A stretch of 60,302 bases of DNA from contig JACQMY010000027.1 of assembly GCA_016203305.1 (NCBI GenBank), positions 1-60,302 of the forward strand, read 5' to 3'. The position numbers were made by a program, and so were the translations under genes. The DNA is from Candidatus Woesearchaeota archaeon. Its GTDB lineage: Archaea; Nanobdellota; Nanobdellia; Woesearchaeales; ARS49. Positions 8,122 through 16,201 of the stretch are shown piece by piece; positions within the stretch are counted from its first letter, which is position 1; the number at the start of each line of letters is the position of its first letter. Below the pieces are notes generated by a model. It had not been told where the DNA came from. It saw only the letters and a list, made by a program, of their open reading frames with translations, and ran no database searches.

Positions 8122-8441
8122 ACATTGGAATGGTTCTGAACACAAATGACCCTGAGGAGGTATGGAATGCCTTTCGCTTTGGCGTGAAGGCCCTGGGAAA
8201 GGGTCATAAAGCGAGCGCGTTCTTGTTCAACAAAGGTGTTGAAGCCGAAACTGCGGGCAATGGCAAGTTTGACATCAAGGGAATGATGCAAAATTTTCGT
8301 GAAAATGGCGGCGTTATCATGGCGTGTGGCACATGCTTGAAGCTCAGAAACAAGCCGGGAACCGCACTCTGCCCAATCAACACGCTTGATGACCTGATGC
8401 AGTTGGTCGAAACCGCAGACAAGATAATATCATTCGGATAG
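8118..8441 (+). CDS. DsrE/DsrF-like family protein
   Basis: MNIGMVLNTNDPE...ACGTCL pattern. SD gggaggtg at 8106-8113. ATGA overlap with the methyltransferase stop. Confidence 0.6.
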   Translation: MNIGMVLNTNDPEEVWNAFRFGVKALGKGHKASAFLFNKGVEAETAGNGKFDIKGMMQNFRENGGVIMACGTCLKLRNKPGTALCPINTLDDLMQLVETADKIISFG

Positions 8442-8544
8442 TAAGAAAATAGGCACTGATTCCAAGTTCACAGTCCACGTGCTTAAGGGAAGCGCACCAG
8501 ACCAATTTAGTCCTCCGGAGGCTTGAGCACCCCGTTATGGTTCT

Positions 8545-8607
8545 CACAAAAACGCTTGCGTTTTTGGGAGTTCCAGAAATCTTCGATTTCTGAGAACCTT
8601 CGGTTTT
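8545..8607. terminator. tandem A-tract/T-tract hairpins (putative bidirectional terminators)
   Basis: caaaaacg-cttg-cgtttttg, cagaaatc-ttc-gatttctg and aacc-ttcg-ggtt, lying between convergent genes. UUCG and CUUG loops. Confidence 0.5.
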
Positions 8608-8723
8608 GTAGCCTCAGCGGACACAACCGTTCGAAAAGGCAGCCTTATCGAACTATCCGTTTGAGCAGAATCAATAAGACTGTTTGAAAATACATCCTTC
8701 TTTAATGGTCTTAAATTGCTTTA

Positions 8724-9572
8724 TTATCGGATCCAGTATGAAAATCTTCCTTTCCAATTTACCCAATTATCTGGGAATGTTATTCTTTCAGCCTCAGGAA
8801 GAACGGTTTTTATGATTTCTAGCTTTTCGCCTGGCTCGATGGTTACAATGTTGGAGTGCAAATGCGTTAGACCACGATCTGCCATCTGTTGGCTCCATTG
8901 GTTGATTGTTGATGGTTCAAAGTCCCTCGCAAACTCAGCCACTGGTAACGGTCGTGAATACATGCTCATCATGATCACTTTTCTTGATTTAATGTGTTCT
9001 TCAAGAACACTTTCGAGCAGTGTTGTATTGTCAGTTCCTAAAGATAGTGAGTACATTTGCATTCTTCCTGTTGGTTCTAGAAACAACTCAGCTTGCCCAA
9101 GAATTCTTCTTGCAAGCGCAAGTCCATCATTTCCCCCATCTGTGTGCAGCGCGGCTTTCAGACCATAAGGCACAGGTACGAATGGAGGGTTGCAGATAAT
9201 GTAATCAAATTGTTCGCCTAGGACAGGATACCATAAATCACCCTGTCTGAATTCGATGTTTTTAGCATTGTTTCTTTTAGCATTCCTTTCAGCGAATTCC
9301 AATGCCCTTTGACTCATATCCGTAGCAATGACGTTTCTTGCTCTTTCGGCTGCAAAAATTCCTAGCACTCCGGACCCTGTACAAAGATCTAAAACCTTGT
9401 CACCTTTATGCACAATCATATGATCGATGAGATAATGAACACTGCTGCCGGGCCAGATAGGCAGAACATTGTCATAACGCTTATTGTCTTTTCTATCGGT
9501 TTCTATGCATTTTCCTCTGTAACAAAAGATTTCAGTAGTGTCTGTGCGTTCAATTTTTGGTGCTTCAAACAT
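8724..9572 (-). CDS. SAM-dependent methyltransferase with NPPF motif (HemK/PrmC-like or N6-adenine type)
   Basis: DLCTGSGVLG (motif I) and IICNPPFVP (motif IV). Confidence 0.7.
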   Translation of the reverse strand: MFEAPKIERTDTTEIFCYRGKCIETDRKDNKRYDNVLPIWPGSSVHYLIDHMIVHKGDKVLDLCTGSGVLGIFAAERARNVIATDMSQRALEFAERNAKRNNAKNIEFRQGDLWYPVLGEQFDYIICNPPFVPVPYGLKAALHTDGGNDGLALARRILGQAELFLEPTGRMQMYSLSLGTDNTTLLESVLEEHIKSRKVIMMSMYSRPLPVAEFARDFEPSTINQWSQQMADRGLTHLHSNIVTIEPGEKLEIIKTVLPEAERITFPDNWVNWKGRFSYWIR

Positions 9573-10224
9573 TTTTCTTTCTCCATATCATAAAGTTGCC
9601 CCACCCCTCACCATGCGTATCTTCGGGGGCATAATCTTTTTTTAACCAAAGCTCTTCAAAACCAAGTCTTGCGTATAACCTCATTAAACCATCAATGAAT
9701 TGGCCATCTTTCCTTCGAAGCCTAACATATTCTTCAGGAGTAACTCCTGAGTGCTGCCCTTGTGCGTAATCTGAACGAAGTCCTGCCACCCTGAAATCAA
9801 AATCATTCTGTTGCACAAAGTCTATTGTTGCTTGAATTAATCGCGAAGCAATTCTTCGACCCCTTTCTGAAACACCAATAGACATAACATAAAGGGCATT
9901 TCCTTCAGGATTGTGCCTGGTGCCAAATCCATATTCTTTGCCATCCTTTGCAACATCATAACCAATAGCCTCTTCGCGCGTTCTCGGCGGACTGCCAGGG
10001 TCAAAGTTGATTAAAAGGCCGGTAATGTATCCTTTGATCTCCTCGTTTTCTTCCGCGATCCAAAACAAATCACCAGGCTCTCTAAAGTAGCAATGTCTCA
10101 GGCGGTGTTCAAAAACTTCAATGGGCGCCACCCACCCTATCGGTCCGTACTCCGCGCTTTCTACTCTCATTATACCTGGCAAGTCTTCTGCCTTCGCATT
10201 CCGAATGTGAATACTTGTTTCCAT
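9565..10224 (-). CDS. GNAT-family N-acetyltransferase
   Basis: IRNAKAEDLPGI... and GVSERGRRIASRLIQ (acetyl-CoA binding R/Q-x-x-G-x-G/A-like motif). Overlaps the downstream gene by 8 nt. Confidence 0.7.
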   Translation of the reverse strand: METSIHIRNAKAEDLPGIMRVESAEYGPIGWVAPIEVFEHRLRHCYFREPGDLFWIAEENEEIKGYITGLLINFDPGSPPRTREEAIGYDVAKDGKEYGFGTRHNPEGNALYVMSIGVSERGRRIASRLIQATIDFVQQNDFDFRVAGLRSDYAQGQHSGVTPEEYVRLRRKDGQFIDGLMRLYARLGFEELWLKKDYAPEDTHGEGWGNFMIWRKKNV

Positions 10225-10331
10225 TTTACCACTAGAAGATAGAAGCGATTGGCGATCATCAAAAATTAACTCTCTCCACTAGCTGGAAAAAAGAAAACCT
10301 TATAATCGTTGGAAAGCTACAAACAGGATTT

Positions 10332-11111
10332 ATGGACACAGAACCATTGCGTCAAGCGGGTCTAACTGAGGGCGAGATTGCAGTTTACTTAGCGCTACTC
10401 AAGTTGGGTTTAAGCACAGCAGGCCCTATTGTCAAGGAAACAAAACTTCAAAGCTCAAGCGCATACCACATCCTAGACTCGCTTATTGAGAAAGGGATTA
10501 TTTCTTTTGAAATGAAGAACAAGCGCAAAAATTTCCATGCTGTTTCGCCAGAGCGCCTGATTGATTTCATCGAAGAAAAGAAAAAGAAGGTAGACGAAGA
10601 GAGACAACAAATAGAAAAAATACTTCCTTCACTTACCGCGCTGAAAGAACTGGCGCAAAAGCCAACGCAAGAAGTTCTCATTTTCGAAGGCTGGAACGGT
10701 GTTCTTTCAGCATTCAAAGAAGCCTATCGCCAGTTAAAACCAGGAACTACAGCATACGCGTACACTATTACAAAAGAATTTGGTGGCGCTGATCTGGATC
10801 AGGTCAGATGGCTAATTAACAAAATACGACAGCTTCGAGAGAATATGAACAAAAAGCTGAAACGAAAAATATTGATGAAAATCATCGCTGAAAGAGGCTC
10901 TGAAATTGGTAAAGATCAAGCTAAAACAAGCTTTACCCACGTGAAATTTATTGAGAAACATTACATAAACCCTGCTATCATAAATATTTATGGAGATGTC
11001 ACTTTAATTGCACTCTGGCTTCAAAAACCAATTGCATTCTACATCGTCAGCAAGGAAGTCGCGCAATCATTCAAAAACGATTTTGATCTGCTTTGGATCG
11101 TTGCTAAATGA
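10332..11111 (+). CDS. TrmB-family transcriptional regulator (third, divergent copy)
   Basis: LTEGEIAVYLALLKLGLSTAGPIVKETKLQSSSAYHILDSLIEKGI winged helix. TATA ccttataat about 28 nt upstream. Confidence 0.8.
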   Translation: MDTEPLRQAGLTEGEIAVYLALLKLGLSTAGPIVKETKLQSSSAYHILDSLIEKGIISFEMKNKRKNFHAVSPERLIDFIEEKKKKVDEERQQIEKILPSLTALKELAQKPTQEVLIFEGWNGVLSAFKEAYRQLKPGTTAYAYTITKEFGGADLDQVRWLINKIRQLRENMNKKLKRKILMKIIAERGSEIGKDQAKTSFTHVKFIEKHYINPAIINIYGDVTLIALWLQKPIAFYIVSKEVAQSFKNDFDLLWIVAK

Positions 11112-11344
11112 CTTCACGTTGTAGGACGGTCTTGCCTTATAGCGAGTTGAGTAAATGGTGGAACTTTTATGTGTTCCCTTGCGTGAACGATACGCACGCA
11201 ACTTGTTATCTGGGCAGTTGATGCAAAAGTTCCATAATTTCATCAGCTGCCTATAGTTCTTTGCCATTTTCTTTTGAGTATTTTTCTGGCGAGTTATTTT
11301 TTGACAAGAAGTCTTTTTATACTTGGGTTCTCATGTTATTGTGA

Positions 11345-11743
11345 ATGGTTGAGATCAATTATCCTGCGGTCGAGCACATCATTGAGTTTAATCACTTGGC
11401 TCTTGCGCTTGTTAAGGTAAAGAAGGCTGACAAGCCAGTGGTATTGAGCAAACCAAAGCTTCATGAGATTGTTGAGGAATGTGAGAAAGCGCAAGGGGAG
11501 GTTTATGATAAGGCAGTGGTTCTTTTGACCGGCATTATCAAGAAACACCCTTTTGCAAGCGGAAATCGTAGAACTGCTTTCCTTGTAATGGTAGATTTCT
11601 TGTTGGATAACAACGCTGCATGCGCTCTCAAAGACGACCCCGAAAACGCTCGCGTCTTGCCGGGGATACGTGAAGGCTTTTATACTAGTGAAGAAATCAA
11701 GGAGTGGATTAAACATGGCAAAATACACTCATTCAAAAGATAA
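11345..11743 (+). CDS. doc: Doc/Fic-family toxin (death-on-curing type)
   Basis: HPFASGNRRTAF matches the Doc variant of the Fic motif (HxFx[DN][AG]N[KR]R). Confidence 0.8.
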   Translation: MVEINYPAVEHIIEFNHLALALVKVKKADKPVVLSKPKLHEIVEECEKAQGEVYDKAVVLLTGIIKKHPFASGNRRTAFLVMVDFLLDNNAACALKDDPENARVLPGIREGFYTSEEIKEWIKHGKIHSFKR

Positions 11744-11837
11744 GAAAGTCTATGAAGCAGTTATTAGCGAGTTGGAGCACTTTCAAGAGCTCGTGAAACG
11801 TTATCCAAAGCTCCTCCGCGCAATCGGCGAGTTGTAA
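11715..11837 (+). CDS. 40-aa ORF overlapping the doc 3' end (speculative partner)
   Basis: Hand-translated as MAKYTHSKDKKVYEAVISELEHFQELVKRYPKLLRAIGEL*. Below the ORF-track length cut-off, and no homology is recognised. Confidence 0.2.
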   Translation: MAKYTHSKDKKVYEAVISELEHFQELVKRYPKLLRAIGEL

Positions 11838-11908
11838 GCGAAACATTATTATTCTTGTTCACTATTCCTAAGAAAAGATTCTCGTACCTCCAAAGTAAGC
11901 TGTTTGTG

Positions 11909-11960
11909 CCCTAAAAAATCTGCGGATTTTTGGGGCCCAGAAAACCAACGGTTTTCTTGA
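11909..11960. terminator. tandem A-tract/T-tract hairpins
   Basis: aaaaatc-tgcg-gattttt, then gggcccag plus agaaaacc-aac-ggttttct. This is the same stem and junction as at 2877-2903. Confidence 0.5.
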
Positions 11961-12039
11961 GCTTACGAAGAGGGTGCCGCCTCCCGCGTGAGTCTTGACA
12001 CCCTAAACTTTTATAATCTCTTCGTGTTCTTTTTCTTTT

Positions 12040-12969
12040 ATGGACTATCGTGACAAAATTCTTGTGATCGCGCGTGCTGCTCCTGTTTTGCCGAGTGCGA
12101 TAGCTAAGGAATTGCAGACCAACAGCATTATGGCTGGTGCCATGTTGAGTGAGATGTGTGATAAGGGGTTGCTCAAAACTTCTTCTTTGCGTGTTGGTGG
12201 CAGTCCTTTGTACTTTGTTCCTGGTAATGAGGCTCAATTGTTGAATCATGTTCAGAGTTTGAATGAGAAGGATAGGCGTACTGTTAGTTTGTTGGATGAG
12301 AAAAAGTTGTTGCGCGAGTCTGAGTGTGATCCGTTGACTAGAGTGTCTCTTGCTGCGATTAAGGATTTTGCAAAGCCTCTTGTTGTGTCTTATGATGGCA
12401 AGGAGGAGCGTTTTTGGAAGTGGTTTGCCCTTGCTGACAGCGATGCTGAAAAACTGATTGGCCAGTTATTGGAGCCGCCGAAGGCAAAAGCGCCTCAAGA
12501 GCCGAAAGAGTTGGTTAAAGAAGCGCCAAAAGAGATTGTTAAAGAGGTTAAGGAGCAAGTTCCAGTTAGGGAGCCAATTCCGATAAAGGAGCAGGCAAAG
12601 CTGCCAGATTCTGAGGCAGCGAAAGCGCCTGTTCAGAAAACTTTGGAGCCGGTTAAATTAGATGGTGATTTTGCGCAGAAATTGTTGTCTTTTTTTGCTG
12701 GAAGCAATATTCTGGTTAAGGAGCAGTCTGTTGTTAAGAAGAAGACTGAGTTTGACTTGGTGCTTGACATTCCTTCTCCTGTTGGCAGTTTGACGTATTT
12801 TTGTAAGGCTAGGAGTAAGAAGAGGGTTTCTGATGGTGACGTTAGTGCTGCTTTGGTTGAGGGTCAACTGAGACGTTTGCCTGTTTTGTTTGTTACCGAT
12901 GGTGAGCTTTCCAAGCAGGCTCAGGTAATGCTTGCCAAACTTACTGGTATTACGGTGAAAAAGGTATGA
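12040..12969 (+). CDS. winged-helix protein, function unknown
   Basis: N-terminal wHTH-like PSAIAKELQTNSIMAGAMLSEMCDKGLLK, a Lys/Glu/Pro-rich linker and a conserved-looking C-terminal domain. TATA cttttataat about 26 nt upstream suggests a leaderless transcript. Confidence 0.6.
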   Translation: MDYRDKILVIARAAPVLPSAIAKELQTNSIMAGAMLSEMCDKGLLKTSSLRVGGSPLYFVPGNEAQLLNHVQSLNEKDRRTVSLLDEKKLLRESECDPLTRVSLAAIKDFAKPLVVSYDGKEERFWKWFALADSDAEKLIGQLLEPPKAKAPQEPKELVKEAPKEIVKEVKEQVPVREPIPIKEQAKLPDSEAAKAPVQKTLEPVKLDGDFAQKLLSFFAGSNILVKEQSVVKKKTEFDLVLDIPSPVGSLTYFCKARSKKRVSDGDVSAALVEGQLRRLPVLFVTDGELSKQAQVMLAKLTGITVKKV

Positions 12970-12980
12970 TGCTGACTGTC

Positions 12981-13088
12981 AAGGAGGAAGGTATACGGTG
13001 GAAGGGTGAAGAAATTTTATCATCGTTCTTCTACCTTCGTCCTTCCGCCTTCGTCCTACAACCTAATTCCTACAACCTTCTTCCCGTT
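12981..13088 (+). repeat. heptad array with inverted arm (hairpin)
   Basis: G-rich arm aaggagg|aaggtat|acggtgg|aagggtg (12981-13012), then ccttcgt|ccttccg|ccttcgt|cctacaa|cctaatt|cctacaa|ccttctt (13034-13082). Directly after the stop at 12969. Confidence 0.85.
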
Positions 13089-13101
13089 ACCGAGGTGCTT
13101 G

Positions 13102-14112
13102 ATGGGTGTTAATTTGCGTGAATTGTTGGTGCGGAAGCCGATTTCGTTAGAGCAATTGTCTGGGAGGACTTTGGTTGTTGATGGTAATAACATGTTGTAC
13201 CAGTTTCTTTCCACTATTCGGCAGCGTGATGGTTCTTTGTTTACTGATCACAATGGGCGTGTTACTAGTCATCTTATTGGTTTGTTTTCTCGCGTGACAA
13301 ATCTCATGCAGAAAGGTATTAAGTTGGCTTTTGTTTTTGATGGTAAGGTTCCTGAGCTTAAGCATCGTGAGCTTGCCAGGCGTGCTGAGATTAAGCAGGA
13401 GGCTGAGAAGAAGTATCAGGCTGCTTTGGCCGCTGCTGACCAAGAAAGTATGCAGAAGTTTGCCGCTCGTACTTCTCGTTTGACTAAGGATATGATTGCC
13501 GAGGCTAGGCAACTGCTGTCTTTGCTTGGTTTGCCTTCTATTATTGCTCCTTCTGAGGGCGAGGCGCAGGCTGCATATATGGTCAAAAAGGGTAGCGCTT
13601 GGGCTGTTGCTTCTCAGGATTATGATAGTTTGTTGTTTGGCGCTCCTCGTTTGGTTCAGAATCTTTCCATCGAGGGCAGGCGTAAGCTTCCTGGCAAGTT
13701 GGCGTATGGTAGGGTGGAGCCGTTGTTGGTTGAGTTGGAGGAAAACTTGAAGGTTCTTGGTATTTCTCGTGAACAGTTATTTTGGCTTGCCGTGTTGGTT
13801 GGTACTGATTACGCGCCTGGGGGCGTTAAAGGTATTGGTCCTAAGAAGGGGCTTTCTTTAGTCAAGCAGTGTTCTTCTGCTGAACAAGTTTTTGCTGGAA
13901 AAGATCTTGATGGTGTTGGCTGGCAGGAAGTCTTGGATGTTTTTCAGTCAATGCCTGTTTCTGATGACTACTCGTTGGTGTGGAAGCCTGTTGACCGGCA
14001 AGCGTTGTTTGACTTTTTGGTTAAGGAGCATGATTTTAGCCAGGACCGTGTTGAGAAGGTGATTGATTTGATCGCTCCTGCTAGGAATCAGAGTAGTTTG
14101 GGTGATTTTTAA
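13102..14112 (+). CDS. fen: flap endonuclease 1
   Basis: MGVNLRELL...VVDGNNMLYQFLS N-terminus, with XPG-N/I and H3TH motifs. SD gaggtg at 13092-13097. The ORF-track extension from 13006 merely reads through the heptad array. Confidence 0.92.
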   Translation: MGVNLRELLVRKPISLEQLSGRTLVVDGNNMLYQFLSTIRQRDGSLFTDHNGRVTSHLIGLFSRVTNLMQKGIKLAFVFDGKVPELKHRELARRAEIKQEAEKKYQAALAAADQESMQKFAARTSRLTKDMIAEARQLLSLLGLPSIIAPSEGEAQAAYMVKKGSAWAVASQDYDSLLFGAPRLVQNLSIEGRRKLPGKLAYGRVEPLLVELEENLKVLGISREQLFWLAVLVGTDYAPGGVKGIGPKKGLSLVKQCSSAEQVFAGKDLDGVGWQEVLDVFQSMPVSDDYSLVWKPVDRQALFDFLVKEHDFSQDRVEKVIDLIAPARNQSSLGDF

Positions 14113-14930
14113 TGCCTACTTTGCGTGAGTTGTTGGAGAAAAAGTTGACTAAGAGTGAGCAAAAATTTATTCGTAGGAGTTTTGACGTTATTGGCGATAT
14201 TGCGATTATTGAGCTTCCTGTTGAGTTGAAGAAAAAGCAAGGCATGATTGGCAAGGTGTTGTTGTTCAGTCTTCCAAATATTCGTGTCGTGGCTGTTGAG
14301 CAGGGTGAGCATTCTGGTGCGTTTCGTCGTCAGAAGTTGAGGGTTGTTGCTGGTGAAAAACGTTTTGAGACCGTCCATAGGGAGTCTGGGACCGTCCTAG
14401 GGTTGGATGTTGCGAAGTGTTATTATTCTCCTCGTCTTGGCAGTGAGCGTTTGAGGATTGCTTCTTTTGTTAAACAAGGTGAGCGTGTGCTTGTTGCTGG
14501 CTCCGGCATTGGTGTTTATCCTTTGGTAATTGCAAGTCACAGCAAGGCTAAGGAGGTTGTTGGTGTTGAAATAAATCCTGTTGCGCACAAGTATGCGGTT
14601 AGGAACATTGCTGCAAACAAACTTGGTGACCGTGTAAAAGTGGTCAAGGGTGATGTTTTCAAGTTGTCTCTAGGCAGGTTTGATAGGATTGTTCTTGCCA
14701 TGCCTACTTTTGGCGTGGCTTTTGTTCCTCATCTTCTAAAGTTTGCAAGGAAGAGTGCTTTTTTGCACGTTCTTGATTTTGCTGAGGAGGCAGACCTTGA
14801 TGCTCCTGCCAATAAATTAGTAGAATTATGTGCTGGAAAAAAGAGAAAGTGTAAAATTTTGAGAACTGTGAGGGCTGGCCAGCCTGGTGTTCGTAAGTTT
14901 AGGGTTTGTGTTGACGCGCAAGTGTTCTGA
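14112..14930 (+). CDS. trm5: Trm5/Taw2-like (Met-10+) tRNA methyltransferase
   Basis: FDVIGDIAIIELP..., GERVLVAGSGIGVYPL, VVGVEINP. TAATG overlap with fen. Confidence 0.7.
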   Translation: MPTLRELLEKKLTKSEQKFIRRSFDVIGDIAIIELPVELKKKQGMIGKVLLFSLPNIRVVAVEQGEHSGAFRRQKLRVVAGEKRFETVHRESGTVLGLDVAKCYYSPRLGSERLRIASFVKQGERVLVAGSGIGVYPLVIASHSKAKEVVGVEINPVAHKYAVRNIAANKLGDRVKVVKGDVFKLSLGRFDRIVLAMPTFGVAFVPHLLKFARKSAFLHVLDFAEEADLDAPANKLVELCAGKKRKCKILRTVRAGQPGVRKFRVCVDAQVF

Positions 14931-14933
14931 GGA

Positions 14934-14964
14934 TTCTTCATCCTAATGCCTGCAACCTAAAACC
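14934..14964 (+). repeat. short heptad array
   Basis: ttcttca|tcctaat|gcctgca|acctaaa, between convergent trm5 and pan. Confidence 0.6.
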
Positions 14965-14972
14965 CGGCACAA

Positions 14973-16106
14973 TTACCCAAACATTCTCAAGTAATCCTGT
15001 CCTTCTGTTTTTACTTCTTCGTTGACCTTTGCAATGGCGTTCATAAAGTCTTGTTCTGTTATTTTTGTTCTGTTTTCTCTGATTGCAAAATATCCTGCTT
15101 CTGTTGCTACTGCTTTGATTTCTGCTCCGCTGAATCCTTCCATTTCTTTGATGATTTTGTCTGTGTTTATTTTTGCCAGGGTCATGTTTCGTGTGTGGAT
15201 TTTGTGGATTTCTTTTCTTCCTTCTTCGTTCGGTAGTGGTACGTGTATGAGTCTGTCTAGTCTTCCTGGGCGGGTTATTGCCGGGTCTAGTATGTCTTTT
15301 CTGTTTGTGCATCCGATGATTTTGACATTGCCTAGTGGGTTGAAGCCATCGACTTCTGCTAGTAATTGCATGAATGTTCTTTGTACTTCTCTTTCTCCGC
15401 TTGTTCCTACGTCTATTCTGACTGCTGCTATTGCGTCTACTTCGTCGATGAATATGATGCTTGGTGCTTTTTCGCGTGCGAGTTGGAAGATTTCTTTGAC
15501 TAGTTTTGCTCCTTCTCCTATGAACTTTTGCACTAGTTCGCTGCCTACTACTTCTATGAATGTGCTTTTGGTGCTTGCCGCTACTGCTTTTGCTAGTAGG
15601 GTTTTTCCTGTTCCTGGTGGTCCATAGAGTAGGATGCCTTTTGGTGGTTCTATTCCTATTTTTTTGAATAGTTCTGGTTTCATTAATGGCAGTTCTATGA
15701 CCTCTTTTATTTCGCGTTCTTGTGCCTGTAGTCCGCCGACGTTTTGCCACGTTAGTGTTGGCTTGTCTATGATTACGAATTTGTCCGCGTCAAATTTGCG
15801 TACTTGGTCTACTTTTCTGATGATTGTGAGGTTTTTTTGTTCTGCTAGAACTGAGTCTCCTGGTGATATTTTTCCTAGTCCTCCTGCTGAGTCTACTAGG
15901 AATTCGTTTCCGTTTGGTAGTCTGATGAGTACTTTGTCGTCTAATAGATCGCGGACTTCGCATAGTATTAGTGGTGTTCGTTTGAACTTTTCTAGCTCGC
16001 GTTCTAGGTTTGTTACGCTTTCTCGTAGGAACTTGTTTTCTTCTTCCACGCCTCCTATGCTGGTTTGATAGCCGAACGTGATGCCGTTGGTTTTATCATT
16101 ACTCAT
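14973..16106 (-). CDS. pan: proteasome-activating nucleotidase (AAA+ Rpt-like)
   Basis: N-terminal coiled coil, OB region, Walker A GILLYGPPGTGKT, Walker B IIFIDEVDA. Confidence 0.93.
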   Translation of the reverse strand: MSNDKTNGITFGYQTSIGGVEEENKFLRESVTNLERELEKFKRTPLILCEVRDLLDDKVLIRLPNGNEFLVDSAGGLGKISPGDSVLAEQKNLTIIRKVDQVRKFDADKFVIIDKPTLTWQNVGGLQAQEREIKEVIELPLMKPELFKKIGIEPPKGILLYGPPGTGKTLLAKAVAASTKSTFIEVVGSELVQKFIGEGAKLVKEIFQLAREKAPSIIFIDEVDAIAAVRIDVGTSGEREVQRTFMQLLAEVDGFNPLGNVKIIGCTNRKDILDPAITRPGRLDRLIHVPLPNEEGRKEIHKIHTRNMTLAKINTDKIIKEMEGFSGAEIKAVATEAGYFAIRENRTKITEQDFMNAIAKVNEEVKTEGQDYLRMFG

Positions 16107-16201
16107 GTTTTTTTATGCTCGTGTTGGGTATTTAAACCTTGCGACGTAGCACTGGACAGCAGGGCAAAACTTATTTAAAAACCAGGTCGTCTGCTTTTCA
16201 G

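Noticed and set aside
11067-11267. A minus-strand 66-aa ORF with CINCPDNK (a possible Zn-finger or transposase/HNH remnant) lies between the third TrmB gene and doc.
   Set aside because: It is short, overlaps the trmB-like 3' end, has only one CxxC and shows no recognisable nuclease or transposase motif. It is left unannotated.
11931-11975. GGGCCCAG-initiated segments (also at 2897-2930) resemble the 5' end of archaeal tRNAs, so tRNA or split-tRNA genes were considered.
   Set aside because: I could not fold a cloverleaf: there is no T-arm GTTCRAATC with a matching stem and no acceptor-stem complement. The sequences are better explained as simple A/T-tract hairpins. A tRNAscan-SE or ARAGORN run would settle this.
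13006-13101. N-terminal ORF extensions that read through heptad arrays: fen from 13006, rfcS from 17435, lrp from 48170, pilin 1 from 50205 and DUF457 from 58872.
   Set aside because: The conserved protein N-termini (for example MGV of FEN1 and WTEKYRP of RFC), the SD or TATA elements and the arrays themselves lie inside the extensions. G-free arrays simply lack TAG and TGA stops.
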